Notes under the pieces: generated by a model
Databases searched by the model: none
The model's input: only the letters and a program-made list of their open reading frames with translations
What the model was told of the DNA's origin: nothing
Shown: positions 41,368 to 52,113 of the stretch, one piece after another
Layout of the letters: each line of letters starts with the position of its first letter
Position numbering within the stretch: the first letter of the stretch is position 1
Assembly: GCA_965220395.1 (NCBI GenBank)
Contig: CBDCPT010000003.1
Location: forward strand, 136,747-200,746
From: Arenicellales bacterium
GTDB lineage: Bacteria; Pseudomonadota; Gammaproteobacteria; Arenicellales; JAJDZL01
Length of the DNA stretch: 64,000 bases
Direction: 5' to 3'
Position numbers and translations under genes: made by a program

Positions 41368-41419
41368 TTTGGAAAGACATTTCTGCCAAGGTTCGAATTG
41401 ATTCCTTTCAGGCCCACCA
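41368..41419 (+). repeat. tRNA-3'-derived att-like repeat R5
   Basis: tttggaaagacatttctgcc-aaggttcga-attga-ttcctttcaggcccacca. Confidence 0.85.
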
Positions 41420-41945
41420 GATCACAACTAGCAGAATTGTTGCTCACACATTGAACAACTTTCATATTACGGTTTAGAGACTATTCCCTGTTGCGGCCGT
41501 GCGTTACCTATCGGCTCCTCACAAAATTTCAGCAGTTCTAGGCAAGATTTATTTGAGTGCAGCTCGATATTGTCTCCTGCTTACACGCCTGTAGTCTCGC
41601 TTGAATTATGTAGTGTGCTTAATCCTGCGTTTTCAAGTCTTCCATTAGTTCTTCGATACCGTCCAAAGAATCTGGTTTTCCATCCGTGGCAACTTGCGTT
41701 GCAGCAGTTGTTGTCAAATTGGGCACCATCGTATCAAAGGGTGATGTGTTTTCAAATGGGAATTATACGGAATAGTTGACAGACGTAAAATCAGTTCGGT
41801 TTCTTCGATTTTTTAGAAGATTTTTGCTTTTCGAATTTCGGCTTGAGTTTCGGTTTCACACCCATCAGAATTGAAACAACCTCGTCGATATTGAAGTCAG
41901 TCATCTTTGGGGGTGAGGTTTTAGACATGGGACGCTTACCGAATT

Positions 41946-42409
41946 TTAAACTTGGGGATTTTGTCCAAGCTTGACAGATAATACAACTGAGCCTGTTATT
42001 CCTTGATATTCCATTGTCATATTCTTTAGAAAATCTCTGCCCAGTAAAGCACTATGTGGTTGTCCTCCAGAATGTAAATGAACTCCGCAGAAGAAACCAT
42101 ATAACGTAAAATTCAAACTTGAAATAAATATCTGTGCCAAATGGACATTCAATTCACCTTTTCCGTGCACCCAGATATTAATTGTCTGTCGATGATGGGC
42201 AATTTAAACAAATCAGCTATTGATGAATCTATGCAACTCACTGCCGCACCAGTATCTATTAACGCGTTGAATTCCGCGTTTGCCAAGTTGGGGCGCCCCG
42301 CGTCCTTCGGTATGTATTGGGTGTCAAACCCAATCTGCACTTTTAGTGTCGGCCCATAAAGAATCAGTGCCTCAGGTGAACCACTGATTCCACAGTCAAC
42401 ACTATGCAT
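41946..42409 (-). pseudogene. Retropepsin-like aspartyl protease, frameshift near 42170
   Basis: ALIDTGA in the first frame, ALLGRDFL in the second. Confidence 0.8.
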
Positions 42410-42689
42410 GCTGGGGCACTGGGCGGAAGATAACAGATGCTGGCAAAGTAACTGGGGCAGCGCCTACCTTTCTAATTAGATAAGGTCCGGCGCCGAATTT
42501 TTCGACAGCATTTTCGGCCGCAGCTTCAGAGGAATCATAAAATCCTTCTAACTTTTGATCACGAATTATTACCCATTTCCCGAAGTGGTCCGTTTCAAGC
42601 ATGCTTTGCATGCTTTCGTAGGCAGCGATTTCTTTAGATAGAACAATCTTTTTCAAATTATCGGATCTGGCTTCTGATTTAGTTGTCAT
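42402..42689 (-). CDS. Small hypothetical protein (DUF5678-like), protease partner
   Basis: GKWVII...G.YDS...A...FG.GPYLIRKVG; overlaps the protease start. Confidence 0.7.
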   Translation of the reverse strand: MTTKSEARSDNLKKIVLSKEIAAYESMQSMLETDHFGKWVIIRDQKLEGFYDSSEAAAENAVEKFGAGPYLIRKVGAAPVTLPASVIFRPVPQHA

Positions 42690-42898
42690 TTGAAATCTCC
42701 GTAGTAGTGTTGTTGATGATGTTGTCTAGATTGTAATATTTTCGGCACATACTTTACAAATGTTATACAAATGCAGCAGCAGTTCTGATATGGATTGACT
42801 TGTCAAATTTGTGGAGCAAGAAGCCCAGCGTTCGGAAAAACCCTATGGCGATCCTTGAATGTGATTTTAATAGGATGGGCGGTGGTGATTGTTTCATG

Positions 42899-45773
42899 TC
42901 AACCTCCATATATGTCGTGAGCCGTATCAAACACAGTTTGCAACGTATTTGATGTTCTTTGTTGTAACTCGTGCAAGTTTCTCACTTGGTCAAGCAACCG
43001 CTCACGAGCTTCATAATCGCAAGGTGTAGGAATAATCATTTCGTTATTGAAAATCTCTTCACGAACCTCTGGTTGAACGGCTGTTATCGCTAGGTAGTGT
43101 TCGTCAGAAAACTCTACATCACATTGATAATAAAGAACAATCATCCGATATTTTCAAACGAAGAAATTTCGGTTTTGGCGGATTAACGGGTTCAAAGGCG
43201 AATTTCGTTGCCAAATACCACAAACCAGCAAAATCTTCACTTTATAGAATGACATGATTAATCATTATTATCAATGTGTTAAACGTTTTCTGGCAGACAC
43301 TAGGTAGTAGATCTGCTTGCGAAAAATTTCTGATGTGAACGCAGCCCATAGGAGTAGAGCTTCCTCATGATTCTGGGGGCGCACAGCTAAAAACCCAGTC
43401 GTAACCAACTGTCCGTCAAACTCAGGGGGAATAATGACCGCTGTTCCGCGTGAGCTGTTATTACGGGCAAAGATTACATCGTTTTCTCGAACCAGAAGCC
43501 TTGCACGAGTTGGGAGGTTCTCAAACAGATTTTCCTGATACTTGACAATAGCCCCTTCCGGAGTTACATCGCCAATTTCAAAATACCGGAATACTTGACC
43601 CCTGAGAACATCCTCTTCACCTTTCTTCACAGGGGGCACTACCTCAAAATCTGATCCAGGACTCAGGCGCAGCACTCCGTTCTCCTCCGCTAACGACATA
43701 GCCTTCCGCGTGCGGTTTAGATCAAGCGAATAGTAAAATTGCGTCCAAGCGTCGATTGTCCAAGTCTTCAGGTGCCACGATGAACGCTTGAAACGGGCAT
43801 CCGAGATTCTCTCGGGTGTTGCTATTCGGTTTAAACAAATTGGGAGCAATACTGCAATCACGCCACTCGGCATACGCTTGTTGGAGCAGCGGGATGTTAT
43901 CCCGCTCAGGCGTATAGTGTTGATGGTCATCGTGGCCAATGTTGTTCAAGACCGCCATGAAGACATGTCCTTGTGTCTCTCCGGCTTCCCGTTTCTTGAG
44001 ATGCAGGATGGAGGTATGGACATTTGCTTGCGCACGGAAGAATGTGTTAAACGGAAGGGAAATCACCTGCCGTAGAATGAATCGTTCCAGAATGAAATCA
44101 CGGTACCGCTGGCTATCGACTCCATTGAGCACTGTGTTGTCGATGACTGTAAGTAGCTCGGCGTCGGGAGCCATAAGATCGTGGTAGCGCTCCAAGAACA
44201 ATACATTTGATTTCTCGGTCGCCGAGGGCTTGCCCGCAGTTGTAACAGCGATCTCGTATTGATTCAGGATACGTCGCTCGTCCTCGTTTGACTTCGTGTA
44301 ACCCATCGAAAATGGAGGGTTGGTAAGAACTACGTCGAACCGTAATCCATCGTCTATCAACGACTCGCTCAGCTCTTCTACCTCCCCCACAAGATCCCTG
44401 GAGAGCCCCATCGGGGACCGAATCTCCTTATCAAGTGTGTCGGCCGTGTAGATCGTGCTCCCACCATCCCCGTGAAGATACATGTTCAGGCGGGCTACCC
44501 GAGCGATCTTCTCCGCCGCGTCAATGCCATACAAATGCCGTTCATACAGGCGTTTCTTGAGTTTTTTGCGCTCTCGCTCTGTAATATCCAAACGTACGTC
44601 GATGGCGTGCACCAAAGCCGCCATCGCTTCGATCAAGAACCCACCACTGCCGCAACACCCGTCCAAAACAACAGGGAGATCCTTCCCTCTTACCCGAAAC
44701 CTGGCGGAGCGCACCATGTACTTCACCACGCTTCGAGGTGTGAAGAACTGGCCCAGTTCCTTCCCGCGCACGGTAGCGTTCAAGAATGTCTCGAACATCC
44801 GACCATTCAAATCCTCGTCGATCCCGTGCAAGTCGAAGTGTTGCAACCGCTTTACCACATCCAAAACTGTTTCCGACCGGAGATTGAGAACTTCATTAGG
44901 GAGGAAAATTCGTTTCTTCTCTTTCAGGGTAATCTGGTTCTCCAAGTCTTCTCGAATGCGACGGAATAGCAGGTCGCCGATCGGGTTGTCGCTCACGTTC
45001 TTCTCGACTTGCTCCTGAATCCATTCAACCGAAAAGTTAAAATCCGCGAGATTCGGCACCTCACCAGCCTCAATTTTGTCAGCGATTCTGCGGTCTTCGC
45101 GGAGCTTCACAAACATCAATTTCGAGAACTCGTAGAACGCATCAGTGGGTCCATACTTCTCCTTCTTCCAGATCAGATTATGGCAGTCATTAAAGGTGCG
45201 GATCAGATCGTTCAGGTCGGGACGTGCGAATTTGAAGACGCCTTCCGTTGCCCGTGCTACATCAATCGAGCCGAAAGAAATAAACGAACGAAGTTGAACG
45301 AACTTCGAATTGTCTTCCTCAAAGTCGTCGAATTCAAGTTTAAGCAAGGGGGTTGCGCTATCCCAAGCCCATAGAACGAGTTGAATCCCGTTCGTCACGC
45401 AGATATACCGCACTGGGTTCTCATTCTCGTATCGTTGGTTTAGTCCCAAAGCATAGCCCGCGACCTGATAGTGGTATTTCTCAGGCTGTTCTCCTGGAGA
45501 TTTTGCGTCTAGGACTACGACGGGGCGCGAACTGCGATCCAATAACACATAATCTGGTCTGAACATCTCCTTCTTGCTACCACGCGCTACGGCGACTTTG
45601 TGCAACGCAGTCTTGCGCTTAACTGCATCGTCTGGGTAACGCAACTTCGCGATCAGGCGGTCTACCACGTAAGGCTCAACATCAGCCTCAGATGTTAAGG
45701 TCGACCGTTCTACGAAAAGATTTTTCACTCTTTTGGGCAGTGCCTCAATGCAACCGCCCGTCTCGTCCACCAA
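42899..45773 (-). pseudogene. Fused nuclease / N6-adenine methyltransferase / TRD protein (type IIG-like RM) with a frameshift and a MITE
   Basis: RPDYV..LDAK, GQFFTPR, DGCCGSGGFL, NPPF. A +1 shift near 43740 (RRLDA/FYYS) and a 210-bp insertion in IYYL|AITAVQPE join three ORFs. Confidence 0.85.
43097..43300. mobile_element. MITE (~204 bp) in the RM gene
   Basis: Imperfect TIR gtgttcgtcagaaaac / gtgtctgccagaaaac; flanking duplication taggta (end placement ambiguous by 1-2 bp). Excision restores the frame. Confidence 0.85.
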
Positions 45774-46740
45774 CTAAATCGGCATATTTCAGTCGCTTGC
45801 CAAACAGCCCTCGAATAGTGCAGTCGATTTGCACCATCGTATCCAGTTGGCGAACATTCTGCCTGGCACTGAATTCGTCTACATATTTCTGTAGGTGCTT
45901 TGGACTCATCTTGTGGTAGACACCGTAGTATCCGCGCTTCAAGCAAGACCAGAACGATTCCGCTCCGTTTATGTGCGCTTGTCCCTTTACATACTCGCCA
46001 ATCGAGTGCTTAACGGTTTCATGTGTGTATCCATAGTTTTCAATCCCATCGTAAGCAGTGGTATCATCAGTGTAAACTGTAGAACCAGTTGAAACGCTAT
46101 CACAGACAATCTGATGAAGTGTTATGGCTTTGGTGTTTGCGACCTTGAATGACTTGATATTCTTGCTTTTGCGTTCCTTGATTCCGACAACAGCGGTCTT
46201 GCCGACAGCGCCTCTACCGGCATTCAGTTTTTTGTCCTTATGCTTATTCTTCTTTGATACGTTATTTGCCCAGCCAGTTCTGATTCGATGTGCCATAAAC
46301 CAAGCGGCAGACTGATCGACTTCAACTTCACAGCCAAATAACTTTGATACGTTATTTGCCCAGCCAGTTCTGATTCGATGTGCCATAAACCAAGCGGCAG
46401 ACTGATTTACTCCAACGTCATTTCCAAGTTTGGTGCTTGAAACACCTTTGAGGGAAGTTGAAAGTTGGTAGATCGCCATCAACCATTGCCTGTATTTGAT
46501 ATTGCTACCTTCCATCAGAGTTCCAGTTTTAACGCTGAAGTAACTTCGGCAAGGTCTGCACCAGTAAGGCATCGTTTTATGCTTGGCACTGCTTGTTTTT
46601 TCCGAATTGCACTTGGGACACACTCGACCATCTGGCCAGCGTTTTGATTCGATATAAGCCATTACATCTTGTTCTGTTTGAAACCGAGACATGAATTCGT
46701 AAAGGCTGACTCGCTTTCTTTCGTTTTTGTTCTTACGCAT
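45745..46740 (-). CDS. IS1595-family transposase with an internal duplication
   Basis: RWPDG..CPKC..C..C zinc ribbon, SAAWFMAHRIR, VEVD, YTD, HINGAESFW, HLQKYVDEF. Confidence 0.9.
   Translation of the reverse strand: MRKNKNERKRVSLYEFMSRFQTEQDVMAYIESKRWPDGRVCPKCNSEKTSSAKHKTMPYWCRPCRSYFSVKTGTLMEGSNIKYRQWLMAIYQLSTSLKGVSSTKLGNDVGVNQSAAWFMAHRIRTGWANNVSKLFGCEVEVDQSAAWFMAHRIRTGWANNVSKKNKHKDKKLNAGRGAVGKTAVVGIKERKSKNIKSFKVANTKAITLHQIVCDSVSTGSTVYTDDTTAYDGIENYGYTHETVKHSIGEYVKGQAHINGAESFWSCLKRGYYGVYHKMSPKHLQKYVDEFSARQNVRQLDTMVQIDCTIRGLFGKRLKYADLVGGRDGRLH
46252..46406 (-). repeat. 65-bp exact direct repeat inside the transposase
   Basis: 46252-46316 = 46342-46406. Confidence 0.92.
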
Positions 46741-46974
46741 AATATACTTCCAACATCAAATGAATTTTCTGTATTAGTAAGTATATTCTAAAATTTCAGG
46801 TTTGTCAACTATTCCGTATAATTCCCTTTCAAATACCACCTGATGAGTTAACATAATTCGAATGACATCGGACATGCTTAGTTCCATACTGACTGGCGCC
46901 GCAATGCCTTCATTATTAATTTTATTATTGATGCCAGCGCGAACAACCGTATTTTCGCTCATGTTTTCGCGACT

Positions 46975-47160
46975 CATTTGGTTGCCTCGCAGCACAGCAG
47001 GAACTGTTTATCTATGGTCATTTCTTGAATGGAATCCTAGTGCGGCTTGGTAACACCTCATTTGGGCCATTGACAATGCCGCTGATTATGGTGGCGACAT
47101 GAAAGATATTTCTGGTGAAACTTCGGATGATTAATCCGCTTCCTTCGAATTCCAGACAAT
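46975..47160 (+). pseudogene. 3' remnant of DUF2791 ATPase upstream of the helicase
   Basis: PRSTAG..FLEWNPSAAW*HLI..GGDMKDISGE aligns with PRNTVT..ILKQNPTAVWSDLI..GDDMSDISDGE of 52103..53407. Confidence 0.7.
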
Positions 47161-49328
47161 CCAAAGGATTTGATCGGCTGGCGAAACCAGTCCAGAGATG
47201 GATTTGGCAGAAAGGCTGGAACAGTCTTAGAGATATACAGGAATATGCGATACCAGCACTGTTAGACGAGCAGAACGACCTGATCATTGCCACCACAACA
47301 GCCAGCGGCAAAACCGAAGCAGCTTTCCTGCCCTTGATATCCGCTGTACTGGAAATGCCCGGCAGCGGCGGTTTCGATCTCGCCTACATCGGTCCGACTA
47401 AGGCGCTCATCAATGACCAGTTCGAGCGTCTCAACGACCTTTGTGCCAATCTGCAATTGCCAGTCTACCCTTGGCACGGAGACATTTCCCAAGGAATAAA
47501 AGTACGTGCGCGCAAACAATCGAGTGGAATTCTATTGATCACACCTGAGTCTCTAGAAGCATTGTTCGTGCTTCGCGGTTTGGAAATTTCCGCACTATTT
47601 TCAAGTACTCGCGCGATCGTGATTGATGAATTGCATGCACTTCTAGAGAATGAGCGCGGTATCCACTTGCGCTCGCTGCTGACCAGACTTGAAATCGCAG
47701 TAAATCGGCAGATCCGACGTATTGGACTGTCGGCAACTCTAGGCGAGATGGAATTGGTCAGAGAATATCTGCGTCCCGAAGCGCCGGATTCTGTTCGGTT
47801 GCTCAAGAGCTCATCGGATCCTCGCGAGCTCCGAGTTCAAATTCGGGGATATGTCGAAAGGAATATCGACAGCGAGTCTGAATCAGCAGCAAAAAAATCT
47901 GTTGCAGAGCATTTGTTCGCAAAACTACGTGGCTCAAACAATCTGATTTTCGCGGAGTCGCGTCGCAATGTTGAATTCTATGCGGACCACTTGCGGCAGA
48001 TTTCCGAGGACGCGCGGGTGCCCAATGAATTCCATCCTCACCACGCAAGCTTGTCCCGCAGTTTACGACTGGATGTCGAGCAGCGCTTGAAGACCACAAA
48101 ATCGGCTACCGCTATTTGCACTTCAACACTAGAGCTTGGCATAGATATTGGCGAAATTGTCTGTGTGGCACAAATTGGAATGCCATTTTCAGTTGCATCG
48201 CTGTGCCAGCGGCTTGGACGTTCCGGACGCCGACTCGGACAATCTGCGGTGCTTCGCATGTATGCCGTTGAAGCTTCGACGCATTCATCGTCGCACCCAC
48301 TGGACCGGCTGCACCTTGGACTGGTGCGCGCAATAGCGATGGTGGAGTTGCTGATTGAAGGATGGTGCGAGTCTCCCGCACCACTATCACTGCATCTTTC
48401 AACGCTGACGCATCAGATTCTTTCTGTCATTGCAGAAAAAAGTGGAGCAAGTGCCAAACAATTATTCTCAATACTGTGCAAACGTGGGCCGTTTCGTCAA
48501 GTTGATGCGAAACTTTTTTCGCAGGTGCTGAAGCACATAGGAAGCAAGGATGTGAATCTGATTGAACAGGCACCGGATGGTTCGCTGCTGCTGGGCAGGA
48601 AAGGAGAGAATCTCGTAGGCCACTACAATTTCTACGCTGTTTTTCAAACTCCTCAAGAATATCGCATCGTAACGAATGGCCAACAGTTGGGTACGCTTCC
48701 TGTTTTCATGATGATATCGGAGGGAATGACAATCGTTTTTTCCGGACGTCGGTGGCGTGTAGTATCCATTAATAACGAATCCAAGGTGATTGATGTGACT
48801 GCCGATCACGTGGGAGAGCCTCCGAAATTCGGAGGGAACGCCGGTCTCGTCCACGACACCGTAGTCAATCGCATGAGAATGGTATTGTCCGGTACACATC
48901 TGCCAAACTACCTTGACAATTGTGCCCGTACCTTACTGCAAGAATCTCGGTCTGAGTTTCACGGGCTTGGATTGGCCTCCAATAGCCAGATTCAGCTTAG
49001 TGAGAGCAATGTAGTTCTGGCAACCTGGGCGGGTACAGTGAAAACCTCAACACTAGCGATTGCACTGCGATCATATGGATATCGGGCAACAGTATATGAC
49101 GGCTTTCTTGATGTAACGAATATAGCTCGCATGCCTGACTTTATTGAGGACTTGGAGACGATCGGTGTATCACACGGGCTTGATGAAAATGCGCTGCTGG
49201 ATACGCAGTTGAGTCTGGTGACGGAGAAATATCATCCGTACTTGAATCGCGATCTGCTTCTACAGGACGCATTGAGCAGTAGATTCGATTCGAATGCTTT
49301 GCCCGGAGTGATCGGACAATTGTGGTAA
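47127..49328 (+). CDS. Lhr-like DEAD/DEAH helicase
   Basis: TASGKTEAA, ITPESLE, DELH, LSAT, TSTLELGIDIG, QRLGRSGRR. Confidence 0.92.
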   Translation: MINPLPSNSRQSKGFDRLAKPVQRWIWQKGWNSLRDIQEYAIPALLDEQNDLIIATTTASGKTEAAFLPLISAVLEMPGSGGFDLAYIGPTKALINDQFERLNDLCANLQLPVYPWHGDISQGIKVRARKQSSGILLITPESLEALFVLRGLEISALFSSTRAIVIDELHALLENERGIHLRSLLTRLEIAVNRQIRRIGLSATLGEMELVREYLRPEAPDSVRLLKSSSDPRELRVQIRGYVERNIDSESESAAKKSVAEHLFAKLRGSNNLIFAESRRNVEFYADHLRQISEDARVPNEFHPHHASLSRSLRLDVEQRLKTTKSATAICTSTLELGIDIGEIVCVAQIGMPFSVASLCQRLGRSGRRLGQSAVLRMYAVEASTHSSSHPLDRLHLGLVRAIAMVELLIEGWCESPAPLSLHLSTLTHQILSVIAEKSGASAKQLFSILCKRGPFRQVDAKLFSQVLKHIGSKDVNLIEQAPDGSLLLGRKGENLVGHYNFYAVFQTPQEYRIVTNGQQLGTLPVFMMISEGMTIVFSGRRWRVVSINNESKVIDVTADHVGEPPKFGGNAGLVHDTVVNRMRMVLSGTHLPNYLDNCARTLLQESRSEFHGLGLASNSQIQLSESNVVLATWAGTVKTSTLAIALRSYGYRATVYDGFLDVTNIARMPDFIEDLETIGVSHGLDENALLDTQLSLVTEKYHPYLNRDLLLQDALSSRFDSNALPGVIGQLW

Positions 49329-49953
49329 TCAGCATGACGGTACAAGCGAATTCTAACAGTAATCCGCCTGTGGCAGATTGCGAATCTGTTTCCTGTTGAT
49401 CGCGTCAGCAAACTAGTTGAAACGAAAAATCAAGTTGATGCTGCTGGTCTGTGAGATGTCGTCAAGTACCGAAATTGAATAATGTGCTCAGAGCAATCAA
49501 TCTGTAACCTCACCAATTAATTCGTTTCGGCCACTGTTCGTACAAGCATATTGAAATGAAATTCCGTTTCGATGTAGAGAGTAAAATACAGTACTCGAAT
49601 AACCCAGCCGATTTGTATGGCTGAAGAATCGGATGGAGCGTTGATTGTTACTATCGATTTAACGCAGTCAGTCCATCAAGCTGAACTGCCGATTGAAAAA
49701 GAGTGCTAGTGATATTCGCAGTATCAAGGAATTGACGGCCAATGCTTCCGATTCGAATTATCAGTAGAATGATTGTTTTGTTATGAATCGTCTATATGAC
49801 AGATATGCAGTCGCCGTATTAATTGACGCTCAAAACAACCATATCTGACATACATGGCTGGCTGTTGCAAACAATGCAGCTGAATACCTTTGAAATGCCA
49901 GTTGATGCGTAAACTCGATAAACTTTGCCAGGGCTAAGGGATCAATTAGGAAA

Positions 49954-52113
49954 TTGAAAAAGAAAAAGAAAGGAAAATCAAGAACCATAAAAGCCAGTAG
50001 ATCTTCACGGTCTCGAAGGTCGAATAGAAAGTACAAAAGTCGGTCCGTCAGAGCGAAGGGTCCCTGGGTTCCGTTCGGACAAACGGCAACGGTTGCAGGG
50101 CACAACATCTGGGATATGGTCTATGTCGGAAGACCTCCGATATTTGAAGACGGTATAAGGGCAGACAGTGGATTTATAGACCCCCATCTGCCTGTTGCAA
50201 GAACAGGTATTGACTATCATGGCGACGGGATATATTACTGGCCGCCTAACTACACTGATATGTCCAAGCAATCTCGTGCAGCCTATTTGTATTGGCTGGC
50301 CAGCGGTCGCTCCAGCACCAATTACAGTACAAGCTATGTGCTGTTGTACTTTATCGGACTAGAGAGGCGATTTTTCTTCGACACCGCACCCTTGGAGGAA
50401 AAAATATTAATAATCACTGAAGTAGAACGTCTTTTGGAAATATATGGCGATGACTCGGCTTTGGAAAATTGTTTAGGGAATTTCGTCAGTGCAGCCAAGC
50501 TAATAATGGGATTGGATCAGAAAATCGCACCATCTGTCAAGTATCAGCAATCAGGTTCCTATACCTCCGTACTCGCTACCATAGGTATTATGGCGGATAT
50601 GAAAAAACCACTGAACGGTGAGCAACTGCTGAACTGGTATTTGGTAACGTATAGCTTACGTTCTGCTACCCTCCGCATTTTTCCTGAATTCAAGGCGCTT
50701 TTCATTTCGCTTTTCGATGAGAAATATCCGCAAGGATTGAAGATCCATGTCTCAGATTGCCACGTCAGCATCACTTATCTCGCGATTTCGTTCAACTATC
50801 GAATTGACCTAAGTGATTTCATTGGCCCCATTCCTGATGTTTCAGATCAAGCCAGACCTCTATTTGACGCCGACTCGCTTGCTGACGAAGCTGAAAAAAC
50901 TCTTGAGGGGTTCGGTCGATATTTGGGAAACAGTCCCGAACGTCGAGAAACGATTAAAGCATATGCGCTGTTGCCCGCACGAATTCGGGATCAATTTCCC
51001 TGCAGAGAAGCGGAGGAAATCTCGTCTTGGGCGAAAAAGCTAGTCAATAGCAATGCATACATTCAGGCGGAAAAGATTATTGAAAAACTTGAAGGCAGGC
51101 CGTTCGAAAGAATTAGTAGAGCACAGTTGACTAAAGCTGTGGACAAATTGGCATATCTGTCAATCGGTTTGGCGCCTGATCCGAGGTTCACGTTGTACAG
51201 CCTGAAGCCCGAGGATTCGGTAGTTCTATATCAACTGCCTGAGGCCACGATATCACTTGACGAAGCCAGCGAGAACTACTGGAGCACTTATCAAAAACTG
51301 ACTATTGCCTGTTTTGTCGCTCATTCAGATGGGCATGTTTCTGCGCGGGAACGAAGCCAACTGAATACACTAATTTCAACCAAGAAATTAACACCAGCTG
51401 AAAATATCCGATTGGGAGCTAACTTTCGCTGGATGCTCTTAGTACCGCCCAAGCTGCCAATGATACGGCAGAATCTGAAAAAACTGCCTGAACTGTCTAG
51501 GCAGGATCTTGGACAAATCGCTTTGTCAATGGCAGTAGTTGATGGCACAATTCCTCCGGAAAAAGTGGAAGCAATAACAACGATTTATAAACTGCTGGAA
51601 TTGGATGTTGCCAACGTATACAACGACTTGCACTCGCAATCCATCGGAAGCGAACCAGTAATCGTCAGATCCGCAAGCAACGGACAACAGGCATTTGCAA
51701 TTCCATCAACTCGCGAACGAAATACCAAGTTTGAGCTTGATTCCATACGGATTGATTCTGTCATGGACGACACTGCCCGAGTGTCAGCAGTACTGGGAGA
51801 TATTTTCGTAGACGACAAGCAGGATATCGAGTTCGACGAACGCAACGATGAAACCGAACTCTTACCTGGATTGGACTATCAACATGCAGCGTTTGTTGTC
51901 GAACTAATCGATCGCAGCCACTGGGAGGATGAAGAATTTGAACGGCTTGCAGCCCAGTTCAATCTGATGCCGGGAGGCGCGTTGGAAACACTGAACGAAT
52001 GGGCGTTTGAACAGTTTGAGGAAGCATTGATTGAGGAATATGAAGGTTATAATCTCAACTCGGATGTGGTGGTAGCAGTTAAACACAATTTGAGAACAGA
52101 ACATGGTCCATAA
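49954..52113 (+). CDS. TerB-N / TerB / TerB-C domain protein
   Basis: YWP.Y......RAAYL.WLA.GR, YFIGLERR, AHSDG, LMPGGALETLNEWAFE; start uncertain. Confidence 0.85.
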   Translation: MKKKKKGKSRTIKASRSSRSRRSNRKYKSRSVRAKGPWVPFGQTATVAGHNIWDMVYVGRPPIFEDGIRADSGFIDPHLPVARTGIDYHGDGIYYWPPNYTDMSKQSRAAYLYWLASGRSSTNYSTSYVLLYFIGLERRFFFDTAPLEEKILIITEVERLLEIYGDDSALENCLGNFVSAAKLIMGLDQKIAPSVKYQQSGSYTSVLATIGIMADMKKPLNGEQLLNWYLVTYSLRSATLRIFPEFKALFISLFDEKYPQGLKIHVSDCHVSITYLAISFNYRIDLSDFIGPIPDVSDQARPLFDADSLADEAEKTLEGFGRYLGNSPERRETIKAYALLPARIRDQFPCREAEEISSWAKKLVNSNAYIQAEKIIEKLEGRPFERISRAQLTKAVDKLAYLSIGLAPDPRFTLYSLKPEDSVVLYQLPEATISLDEASENYWSTYQKLTIACFVAHSDGHVSARERSQLNTLISTKKLTPAENIRLGANFRWMLLVPPKLPMIRQNLKKLPELSRQDLGQIALSMAVVDGTIPPEKVEAITTIYKLLELDVANVYNDLHSQSIGSEPVIVRSASNGQQAFAIPSTRERNTKFELDSIRIDSVMDDTARVSAVLGDIFVDDKQDIEFDERNDETELLPGLDYQHAAFVVELIDRSHWEDEEFERLAAQFNLMPGGALETLNEWAFEQFEEALIEEYEGYNLNSDVVVAVKHNLRTEHGP

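Larger units (their letters stand above)
41758..46826 (-). mobile_element. IS1595-family element with passenger genes, 5069 bp
   Basis: Perfect 24-bp TIR gggaattatacggaatagttgaca (41758-41781 / 46803-46826); 8-bp target duplication TTTCAAAT (41750-41757 / 46827-46834). Confidence 0.93.
41619..46962 (-). pseudogene. RelB/DinJ antitoxin split by the IS1595 element; YafQ-like relic downstream (~41500-41625)
   Basis: Joining 46962-46827 to 41749-41619 gives an 88-aa frame MSENTVVRA...VFENTSPFDTMVPN...IEELMEDL; followed by FKRDYRR. Confidence 0.8.
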
